The notes under the pieces: model-generated
The model's input: only the letters and a program-made list of their open reading frames with translations
The model's database searches: none
What the model was told of the DNA's origin: nothing
DNA from: Okamejei kenojei
Lineage: Eukaryota
Direction: 5' to 3'
Assembly (NCBI GenBank): GCA_035221665.1
Contig: JAVHYY010000086.1
Coordinates: 62,001 to 126,000, forward strand
DNA length: 64,000 nt
In this document: in pieces, positions 53,591 through 64,000 of the stretch
How positions within the stretch are numbered: position 1 is the stretch's first letter
Layout of the letters: every line of letters begins with the position of its first letter
Position numbers and translations under genes: made by a program

Positions 53591-54869
53591 TAAAACAGTA
53601 ACATGTAAAATAATTATCGGGCAGGGTGGCTCATCGGCTCCCTCCCAGGGTGAACGGTCAGAGGTGGGAACGATTGTTATGGTCATTGGAATTTTCATGC
53701 CGCTTGATTGCTTTTCTCTAGAAGACGCTTCAGCGCCCAAGTTACCGCTTTTTCTGACTGGCATATCCCCGCTGTAAGCCGAAATCACGGCGCAGAAGTT
53801 ATATTTCCAAGCCAAACTCCGGCAGGCCGCGACATATCAACGGACTTCAGTAGCCGGATCCGCTTCCAAATAAGTAGTTGAGAAAATCTGAATCTACCAT
53901 AAGAGAGAAGGGCCTTTTTGGCAGAAATGCTGAGTGATTTGTTTGTTTAGTCTGTGGAGCATTAAATTCCACAGGCCAGATCTCTGGATAAGGCGCCCGC
54001 CATTTAAAACGAGTTGGCATTAATATATGCGATAATCTGCCCCAATGGCAAGTAGACGCCCTGTCATTAAATATTCAAGCAAGAGACGGATAGGTTTTGA
54101 GATGGGAATCATTACATTGAAGGGGAATACGACGTAATCTGATCACAATAAAATACAGAACAGTTTTGAGCAGTCGAGCGCCCGCGTCTTCCTCCTATTA
54201 TTAGGTTTTACAGTGGCAGGGACGAATAACACACATTGTTTCTTGTAGCGGTTGCTTTTTCTGAAACCTATTCCAGAAAAAAAACATTCCTTCACCGAAC
54301 GAATTAAAAAGGCAGCTCAGTGACAGCGCCCTCCGACCCTGCCGTCTGCCTGAAACTGCAATCTCCTTGTTCCACTACATGGGCCCCTTCATTCTGAGCA
54401 TTGTTATTCGGGGAGAATCGGCTCTCGGCCCAACTGTAATACCGCACTCTTGTTTCGTGCATATCACCTAGTAAGCAAGTAAATGTTATTTGTATAGCAC
54501 GTTTAAATCAACTCGCGTTGAATCCAACGTGCTTTCCATGGAAGAAATGAGTACGTTTCCGTACATCGATGGTACTAATTGTTCGTTTCTGTACATCACG
54601 TGGTACTAATTGTCCATTTTACCTATCCTTGCTCCCTCACCAAATAAATAAAAGAGGCATTCACTTTCCTGCATCTTTGGGGTGTTGCAATGGCGACCAG
54701 CAGCCATTCCTGAAAGAACTGCTCCCACCTTAAACCTATATCTTCTGACTCACGATTCCTAATCAACCTCCTGCGCTCCAAAGGAATACATTCATAACCT
54801 GCTCACCCCCTCCCTCGATCACAGGCCCTCGAGTTCTGTGAGTGCTCGAGTCCTCTGAACTTGATAGCA

Positions 54870-56032
54870 GTTCAGTGACGGCCACATGAGTGGCAGATGC
54901 TGTATAATGTGGATACATATGAGGTTGTCCACTTTCGTGGCAAGAACGAGAAAGGAGATTATTATCTGAATGGTGTCAGATTCGGAAAACGGGAGGTGCA
55001 ACGAGACCTGGGTGCCCTTGCTCATCAGTCACTGAAAGTATGCATGAAGGTACAGAAGTTAGTTAAAAGAAAGCTAATGGCATGTTGTCCTTCATTGCGA
55101 GAATATTTAAGTTGAGGAGCAAAGAGGTCCTACTGCTGTTGCACAAGTCCCCGGTGAAACCACAACTGGAACATGGTGTGCACTTTCGGTCTTCTAATTC
55201 TTGCTATAGAGGGAGTGAAATGCAGGTTTACCAGATTAATTTCCGGGATGCCGGAAAATAAATATCATGAAGCAATGGGGTGACTGGGCTTGTATTCACT
55301 GGAATTTAGGATGAGAGGGGGTCATATAGAAACATAACATTCTTAGCGCATTAGACGATACACAACAGGGAATAGGTACAGGAGTAGGCGAAACGGCCCT
55401 TCAAGCCAGCACCGCCATTTAATGTGATCAAACTGATCATTCACAATCAGTACCCCGTTCCTGCTTTCTCCCCATATTCCCTGACTTCGCTATCTCCAAG
55501 ATCCCGATCTAGCTCTCTTTTGAACGTTTCTAGAGAACCGGTCCCCACCGCCCTCTAAGGTAGACAATTCCACAGACACACAACTCTCTGTGTGAAAAAG
55601 TGTTTCCTCATCTCCGTTCTAAACGGCTTTCCCCGTATTCCTAAACTGTGCCCCTGGTTCTGGACTCCAAAAATATCGGGAAAATGTTTCCTGCCTCTAG
55701 CTTGTCCAAACACTTAATAATCGTAACTGTTTCCATAAAATCCCTTCTCATCCAACTAAATTCCAGAGTATACAAGCCAGGCCGCACAGTTCTCTCAGCA
55801 CGTGACAGTCCCGCCATCCCGGAAAATGAGCTTGTACTACGCTGCACTCCCTCAATAACAGGAATATTGGAGCGGCTAGATGCAGGACATTTCTTCTGGA
55901 TATTGAGGGAGTCCAGAAACCGGGCGTCACAGTCTACGAATAAGCGGTAGGCCATTTAGAAACAAAGAAACAGAACATTCGAATAAGGAGTAGACCATTC
56001 GGCCCTTCGAGACAGCACCGCAATTCAATATG
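54870..56032. mobile_element. Mixed-orientation decayed CR1 family A fragments
   Basis: YYLNGVRFGKREVQRDLG, RTRG and CR1 3' UTRs. Similar fragments lie at 35040-35730, 40850-41210, 46270-46775 and 47100-47540. Confidence 0.75.
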
Positions 56033-59000
56033 ATATAACCATATAACCATATAACAATTACAGCACGGAAACAGGCCCTCTCGGCCCTTCCAGTCCGTGC
56101 CGACCATTTGTTTTCCCCTAGTCCCATCTACCTGCACTCAGACCATACCCCTCCATTCCCTTCACGTCCATATACCTATCCACTTTACTTTTAAATGTTA
56201 AAATCGATCCTGCCTCCACCACCTCTGCTGGAAGCTCATTCCACACAGCCACCACCCTGAGTAAAGAAGTTCCCCCTCACGTTACCCCTAAACTTCTGTC
56301 CCTTAATTCTCATGTCATGCACTCTTGTTTGAATCTTCCCTACCCTCAATGGGAAAAGCTTATCCACGTCAACTCTGTCTATCCCTTTCATCATTTTAAA
56401 GACCTCAATCAAGTCCCCCCTTAACCTTCTGCGCTCCAAAGAATAAAGACCTAACTTGTTCAACCTTTCTCTGTAACATAGTTGCTGGAACCCTGGCAAC
56501 ATTCTAGTAAATCTCCTCTGTACCCTCTCTATTTTGTTGACATCCTTCCTATAACTAGGCGACCAAAATTGTACACCATACTCCAGAATTGGTCTTACCA
56601 ATGCCTTGTACAATTTTAACATTACTTCCCTACTCCTATATTCAATGCTCTGATTTATAAAGACCAGCACACCAAAGGCTTTCTTTACCACCCTATCTAC
56701 ATGCGATTCCACCTTCAGGGAACTATGCACAGTTATTCCTAGATCCCTCTGTTCCACAGCATTCCTCAATTCCCTACCATTTACCATGTACGTTCTATTT
56801 TGATTTGTCCTGCCAAGATGTAGCACTTCACACTTATCAGCATTAAACTCCATCTGCCATCTTTCAGCCCACTTTTCCAAATGGCCCAAATCTCTCTGTA
56901 GACTTTGAAAATCTACTTCATGATCCACAACACCACCTATCTTAGTATCATCTGCATACTTACTTATCCAATTTTCCACCCCATCATCCAGATCATTGAT
57001 GTACATGACAAACAACAGTGGACCCAACACAGATCCCTGAGGGACCCCACTAGTCACCGGCTTCCAACCTGACAAACAGCCATCCACCAATACTCTCTGA
57101 CATCTCCCATTCAGCCACTGTTGAATCCATCTTGCTACTCCGCCATTAACACCCAAAGATTGAACCTTCTTAACCAACCTTCCATGGGGAACCTTGTCAA
57201 AGGCCTTACTGAAATCTATATAGACAACATCCACTGCGTTACCCTCATCAATTTCCCTAGTTACCGCTTCAAAAAAATCAAGAAGGTTTGTCAAACATGA
57301 CCTTCCAGGCACCAATCCATGTTGACTGTTCCTGATCAGACCCTGTTTATCCAGATGCTTATATATATTATCTCTAAGTATCCTTTCCATTAATTTGCCC
57401 ACCACTGACGTCAAACTAATAGGTCTATAATTGCTAGGTTTATTCTTTGAACCCTTTTTAAACAATGGAACAACATGCGCAGTACGCCAATCCTCCGGCA
57501 CTATTCCCGTTTCTAATGACATTTGAAATATTTCTGTCATACCTCCTGCTATTTCTATACTAAATTCCCTCAATGTCCTAGGGAATATCCTGTCAGGACC
57601 TGGAGACTTATCCACTTTTATATTCTTCAAAAGTGTCAGTACTTCCTCCTCTTTGAATCTCATAGTTTCCATAGCTACTCTACTTTTTCCCCTTAACTCA
57701 CAGAGTTCAATATCCTTCTCCTTGGTGAATACCGAAGAAAGGAAATTGTTCAATATCTCCCCCATCTCTTTTGGCTCTGCAGATAGCTGTCCATTCTGGT
57801 TCTCTAATGGTCCAATTTTATCCCTCGTTATCCTTTTGCTATTAATATAGCTGTAGAAACCCTTTGGGTTTACTTTCACCTTTCTTGCCAAAGCAACCTC
57901 ATATCTTCTTTTAGCCTTCCTAATTTATTTCTTATGATTCTTTTTACATTCTTTATACTCCTCTAGCACCTCATTTACTCATTGCCTCCTATAATTATTG
58001 TAGATATCTCTCTTTTTTTCGAAACAACTGTCCAATTTCCCTTGAAAACCATGGCTCTTTCCAATTTTTACTATTTCCTTTCAACCTAACAGGGACATAA
58101 AGATTCTGTACTCTTACAATTTCCCCTTTAAATGTCCTCCATTTCTCTTCTACATCCTTCCCATGAAACAAAGTGTCCCAATTCACTACTTTAAAATCCT
58201 TACGCATTCCCTCAAAGTTAGCCTTTCTCCAATCAAAAATCTCCACCCTAGGTCCAGTTCTGACTCTCTCCATAATTATATTGAAACTAATGGTATTGTG
58301 ATCACTGGTCCCGAAGTGCTCACCAACGCATACCTCCGTCACCTGACCTGCCTCATTTCCTAACAGGAGGTCCAGCACTGCCCCTTCTCTGGTCGATACC
58401 TCTATGTACTGCTGCAAAAAAACTATCCTGCACTCATTTTACAAACTCCAAACCATCCATCCCATTTACAGAATGTGTTTCCCAGTCTATTTTTGGAAAA
58501 TTGAAATCTCCCACAATCACTACCTTGTGCTTACTACTAATATCTGCTATCTCCTTACATATTTGCTCTTCCAATTCACGCTCCCCATTTGGCGGTCTAT
58601 AATACACCCCTAAAAGTGTTGCTACACCGTTCCCACTTCTCAGTTCCACCCAAATAGCCTCCCTAGATGAGCCCTCTAATCTATCCTGCCAAAGCACTGC
58701 TGTAATATCTTCCCTGACAAGCAATGCAACACCTCCCCCTCTGGTCCCTCCAATTCTATCACACCTGAAGCAACGAAATCCTGGAATATTTAGTTTCCAA
58801 TTACAACCCTCCTGCAACCATGTTTCACTGATTGCCACAACATCATATTTACAGGTGTCAATCCAGGCTCTAAGTTCGTCCACCTTACTTACAATGCTCC
58901 TAGCATTAAAATATACACATTTGAGAAACCCACCATCCCTTATTCTCTGTCTATTATCTTTTTCATCTTTCTCGCCTATATTTTGGATACGAGTGCTTCC

Positions 59001-59267
59001 CTTCTCTGCCTCTTGCCCCACACCCTGACCACTAGCCCCCTCTACCCGAGTCCCTCCCCCCAGCCTTTCTAGTTTAAAGTCACCCCAGTAGCCTTTGCAA
59101 ATCTCCCTGCCAGGTTATTGGTCCCTCTCGGGCTCAAGTGCAACCCGTCCTTTGTGTACAGATCATGCCTTCCCCAAAAGAGGTCCCAGTGATCAAGAAA
59201 CTTGAATCCCTGCCCACTGCACCAGTCCCTCAGCCACGCATTTATCCTCCACCTCATTTCATTCCTA
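56033..59267 (-). mobile_element. CR1 LINE family B, 5'-truncated in ORF1
   Basis: 551-aa open RT ORF 56236-57891, endonuclease ORFs at 57995-59021, tail (ATATAACC)n on the + strand. Confidence 0.93.
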
Positions 59268-59373
59268 ATGAATGATCATCTGAAATTAGTACCCCGTCCT
59301 GTTTAATCCCCATACCCCTTGATTCGTTTAGCCCCAAGAGCTAAATCTAACTCTTTCTTGAAGTATAGGGGGG

Positions 59374-62100
59374 CAGTGATCACAATCCCATTAGTTTCAA
59401 TATAATTATGGAGAGAGTCAGAACTGGACCTATGGTGGAGATTATTGATTGGAGAAAGGCTAACTTTGAGGGAAAGCGTAAGGATTTTAAAGGAGTAAAC
59501 TGGGACACTTTGTTTCATGGGAAGGATGTAGAAGAGAAATGGAGGACATTTAAAGGGGAAATTGTAAGAGTACAGAAACTTTATGTCCCTGTTAGGTTGA
59601 AAGGAAATAGTAAAAATTGGAAAGAGCCATGGTTTTCAAGGGAAATTGGACACTTGTTTCGAAAAAAGAGAGATATCTATAATAATTATAGGAGGCATGG
59701 AGTAAATGAGGTGCTAGAGGAGTATAAAGAATGTAAAAAGAATCTTAAGAAAGAAATTAGGAAGGCTAAAAGAAGATATGAGGTTGTTTTGGCTAGAAAG
59801 GTGAAAGTGAACCCAAAGGGTTTCTACAGCTATATTAATAGCAAAAGGATAACGAGGGATAAAATTGGACCATTAGAGAACCAGAATGGTCAGCTATCTG
59901 CAGAGCCAAAAGAGATGGGGGCGATATTGAACAGTTTATTTTCTTCGGTATTCACCAAGGAGAAGGATATTGAACTCTGTGAGTTAAGGGGAAAAAGTAG
60001 GGTAGCTATGGAAACTATGAGATTCAAAGAGGAGGAAGTAACCATATAACCATATAACCATATAACAATTACAGCACGGAAACAGGCCCTCTCGGCCCTT
60101 CCAGACCGTGCCGACCATTTGCTTTCCCCTAGTCCCATCTACCTGCACTCAGACCATACCCCTCCATTCCCTTCACGTCCATATACCTATCCACTTTACT
60201 CTTAAATGTTAAAATCGATCCTGCCTCCACCACTTCTGCTGGAAGCTGATTCCACACAGCCACCACCCTCTGAGTAAAGAAGTTCCCCCTCACGTTACCC
60301 CGAAACCTCTGTCTCTTAATTCTCATGTCATGCCCTCTTGTTTGAATCTTCCCTACCCTCAATGGGAAAAACGTATCCACGTCAACTCTGTCTATCCCTT
60401 TCATCAATTTAAAGACCTCAATCAAGTCCCCCCTTAACCTTCTGCGCTCCAAAGAATAAAGACCTAACTTGTTCAACCTTTCTCTGTAACATAGTTGCTG
60501 GAACCCTGGCAACATTCTAGTAAATCTCCTCTGTACTCTCTCTATTTTGTTGACATCCTTCCTATAACTAGGCGACTAGTACTGACACTTTTGAAAAATA
60601 TAAAAGTGGATAAGTCTCCAGGTCCTGACAGGATATTCCCTAGGACATTGAGGGAAGTTAGTGTAGAAATAGCAGGAGCTATGAGAGAAATATTTCAAAT
60701 GTCATTAGAAACGGGAATAGTGCCGGAGGATTGGCGTACTGCGCATGTTGTTCCATTGTTTAAAAAGGGTTCAAAGAATAAACCTAGCAATTATAGACCT
60801 ATTAGTTTGTCGTCAGTGGTGGGCAAATTAATGGAAAGGATACTTAGAGATAATATATATAGGCATCTGGATAAACAGGGTCTGATCAGGAACAGTCAAC
60901 ATGGATTTGTGCCTGGAAGGTCATGTTTGACAAACCTTCTTGAATTTTTTGAAGCGGTAACTAGGGAAATTGATGAGGGTAAAGCAGTGGATGTTGTCTA
61001 TATGGATTTCAGTAAGGCCTTTGACAAGGTTCCCCATGGAAGGTTGGTTAAGAAGGTTCAATCTTTGGGTGTTAATGGCGGAGTAGCAAGATGGATTCAA
61101 CAGTGGGTGAATGGGAGATGTCAGAGAGTAATGGTGGATGGCTGTTTGTCAGGTTGGAAGCCGGTGACCAGTGGGGTGCCTCAGGGATCTGTGTTGGGTC
61201 CACTGTTGTTTGTCATGTACATCAATGATCTGGATGATGGGGTGGAAAATTGGATAAGTAAGTATGCAGATGATACTAAGATAGGTGGTGTTGTGGATAA
61301 TGAAGTAGTTTTCAAACTCTACAGAGAGATTTGGGCCATTTGGAAAAGCGGGCTGAAAGATGGCAGATGGAGTTTAATGCTGTTAAGTGTGAAGTGCTAC
61401 ATCTTGGCAGGACAAATCAAAATAGGAAGTACATGGTAAATGGTAGGGAATTGAGGAATGCTGTGGAACAGAGGGATCTAGGAATAACTGTGCATAGTTC
61501 CCTGAAGGTGGAATCGCATGTAGATAGGGTGGTAAATAAAGCCTTTGGTGTGCTGGCCTTTATAAATCAGATCATTGAATATAGGAGTCGGGAAGTAATG
61601 TCAAAATTGTACAAGGCATTGGTAAGACCAATTCTGGAGTAAGGTGTACAATTTTAGTCGCCTTGATATAGGAAGGATGTCAACAAAATAGAGAGAATAC
61701 AGAGGAGATTTACTAGAATGTTGCCAGGGTTCCAGCAATTATGTTTCAGAGAAAGGTTGAACAAGTTAGGTCTTTATTCTTTGGAGCGCAGAAGGTTAAG
61801 GGGGGACTTGATTGAGGTCTTTAAAAGGAGGAAAGGGCTAGACAGAGTTGACGTGGATACGTTTGTCCCATTGAGGGTGGTGGCTGTGTGGAATGAGCTT
61901 CCATCAGAAGTGGTGGAGGCAGGATCGATTTTACCATTTAAGACTAAAGTGGATAGGTAGATGGACGTGAAGGGAATGGAGGGGTATGGTCTGAGTGCAG
62001 GTAGATGGGACTAGGGGGAATCAAATGGTCGGCACGGACTGGACGGGCCGAGAGGGCCTGTTTCCGTACTGTAATTGTTATATGGTTATATGGTTATATG
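59374..62100 (+). mobile_element. CR1 LINE family B, 5'-truncated, interrupted at 60040/60578
   Basis: ORFs 59408-60049 and 60495-61439 are colinear with the other B copies; GTATA TSD at 59363-67 and 62101-05. Confidence 0.92.
60041..60577 (-). mobile_element. CR1 family B 3' fragment inserted antisense into another family B copy
   Basis: Tail at 60041; AGTA duplicated at 60037-40 and 60578-81. Confidence 0.9.
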
Positions 62101-62642
62101 GTATACATTGAATTCTTCTTCACTGTCTTCTGTGGCAGAGAACCCCACAGATTCACAACTCTCTGGGTGAGGAAGTTTTTCCTCATGAGGTAGATAGTAT
62201 TGCAGGCTGCTCGCGAGTTATGTTAGGATGGTTAAGTTCCTGATAACTGCAGGGAATAAACTGTCCCTAAATCTGGAAGTGTGAGTTTGCACACTTCAAT
62301 ATCTTCTGCCTGATTGTAGCGGGGACTTTGCCTTCACCCTATCTACTACCCCCAAATATTCAGTTGCCTGAATGGTTCAAATGTTCTACTGAACGTCAGA
62401 AAAACGCGAGAGCCCATCAGATGCTTCACATCAGATGCCAGGCCACCAAACAAATCATCAGATTTAACAATCCCCGTCTCAAATTCTCCCTCTCGTCGCA
62501 CATCGATTTTCATATATTCCCAGAAAACCGCCGGCACTGGGAAAGGCCAGCTGCGGTTCCGGCTCATTCTCCTGGACAGGGGCAGGATCTGTCGGGGGAC
62601 CTGGGCTCGTCACGTAAACCATTTTTTACCGGACAACGCGCG

Positions 62643-62683
62643 ATGGGAATCCTCCTGTTTTTGTACTGTCCTTCTGCTTAGCC
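62643..62683 (+). pseudogene. Leader exon of the NAR-type V (frame disrupted)
   Basis: ATG GGA ATC CTC CTG TTT...TGCTTAGCC|GTGAGT: hydrophobic signal-like exon with a strong donor 150 nt upstream of the V acceptor. As written it contains an in-frame TAG. Confidence 0.7.
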
Positions 62684-62833
62684 GTGAGTACCGATGCCTT
62701 ACTCCCACACGGTGCGGGTTTAACATAAACAACTCGAGTCCACTCCGACTTGAATTTCAAACACTGTCCGCTATTTATCCTTCCGTGGTTCGCCTCGAAT
62801 TCCAACTCACCTTTCCCTGTGCTTAATCTACAG

Positions 62834-63114
62834 ACACTTCCGCCAACCAGTGACCCAGAGCCCGAATGCGGTGACTGGAAAAGAGTCCAAACTGTCACAA
62901 TCACCTGGCTTTCCCAAGAAGGATCCTGGAATTTGATGCAGGACATTTATTGAAGCAAGCACAATCCTGTGCTCATTGGCCGCGGATTACAACAGGTGCA
63001 CGGGTAATTGTGTCGACCAATAAAGCGAAAAAGACCATTACGTTGAAAATTCTTGGTTTGATAGTTGAGGACATGGCCACATATTACTGTCAAGCTGAGT
63101 ACAGGTGGATTAAG
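62834..63114 (+). pseudogene. NAR-type (NAR-TCR/IgNAR-like) V exon, pseudogene
   Basis: Acceptor tctacag, then PVTQSPNAVTGKE / QTVTITW / DIY / KQAQSCAHWPRITTGARVIVSTNKAKKTITLKILGLIVEDMATYYCQAEY. Only about 16-17 residues lie between the C-strand Trp position and the D-strand Arg, versus 30 in V-B, so CDR2 is absent. At least two frameshifts; first Cys is Trp. Confidence 0.75.
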
Positions 63115-63201
63115 CACAGTGATGGGCCTGCGGTTCCAGCAGGCCAATCAATACAAAATTAAGCACAGTGATGGGCCTACGGTTCCAGCAATACAAAAAT
63201 C
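63115..63201 (+). promoter_or_regulatory. Tandemly duplicated V RSS
   Basis: CACAGTG(63115-21) + 31 nt + ACAAAATTA, then CACAGTG(63164-70) + 22 nt + ACAAAAATC(63193-201). Confidence 0.85.
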
Positions 63202-63562
63202 CTGAAGGCAAATTCAAGAAGCAACATGGGTCAATCCTCCGGTGAACCCATGGACCCGCTTCAGCCCGCCTGCCCTGTCTTCTAGGTTGCACCGGATGAA
63301 ATGAGTACGATTCAAACAATGGGTTTTCTCTATTTGGCCAGTGCGGCTGGATAATGCTCCCTTTACCGAAAATGGTGTAAAAGAAATGTCATCGAGAATG
63401 TTTGTCCACTCTCTGATGCACAACTACAGACGAGGTCCAGTTACAGAAACTGCAATCTGAAAAATTATTTCGTTGAATGCTTTCTCCTGCCCGCCCATCT
63501 CCCCGGGCGCCTGGGGATTTAAAGCGACGCGAAACAACGTGAAAGTGAAGTGAAACAACGTG

Positions 63563-63605
63563 CGGGAATTGGATATCCACAGTGGAGCAGAGTCGAATAA
63601 AAACT
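63563..63605 (+). other. D gene segment (CGGGAATTGGATATC) with 3' 12-RSS
   Basis: A 15-nt G-rich core is followed by CACAGTG(63578-84) + 12 nt + ATAAAAACT, and preceded by the heptamer-like CAACGTG (63556-62). Confidence 0.72.
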
Positions 63606-63913
63606 CACCCCATTCAACATATATGTTCTTGAGTTCGGAACCAAAATCCAACGATTGTTGTTCCTGACGCTGTAATCCAGCCAAGTTGCACAAGGATGGC
63701 CACATTCAGTAAACATTACTTAATAATTGGTTCTGCGTTTGTCAAAGCACACCATTCTACGTGGGGCATCATTCTGCTCATAGCTCTGTTTCTTGGCGGG
63801 AACCGGTTGACCAAGCGAGGATTGGGCAGCAAGGACAGTTGCTACCTGGTGTGAAACTCCTGGAATAATTGGACAGCGATACTTATGGTTGCCAGGGAAA
63901 TCGAGGTGAGGAC

Positions 63914-64000
63914 TCTTTTTGTACTGCGAGCATCGAGAGACGGGGCACTGTGGCTTCATGGGACACTTACTATCAGGAGGGGATGGCGACTACGGTGACT
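63914..64000 (+). other. 23-RSS and J gene segment (truncated by window end)
   Basis: TCTTTTTGT(63914-22) + 23 nt + CACTGTG(63946-52), then WDTYYQEGMATTVT. This is a G-strand-like J without the canonical F/W-G-x-G, resembling NAR-type J segments. Confidence 0.78.

Overview
Vertebrate genomic DNA, most likely from a cartilaginous fish (skate/ray-type repeats: CR1, Rex1/Babar, HE1-like V-SINEs, Penelope termini, DIRS). Two gene families are interleaved here in opposite orientations. (1) On the - strand are three two-exon class-A GPCR paralogues of the GPR139/GPR142-like type. I reconstructed all three with canonical GT/AG phase-1 introns; two are intact (325 and 326 aa) and one has a single in-frame TAG. 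(2) On the + strand are antigen-receptor gene segments. These are three decayed TCR alpha/delta-type V exons, each followed by a 23-RSS, and at the right end a leader-V(22/23 RSS)-D(12 RSS)-(23 RSS)J cassette. The V of that cassette lacks CDR2, as IgNAR and NAR-TCR V domains do. The rest is nested retroelements, including a structurally complete DIRS1-type element, a cluster of young CR1 insertions, Penelope-derived hammerhead-like motifs and local segmental duplications. No database searches were run: family names come from motif recognition and repeat boundaries are approximate.
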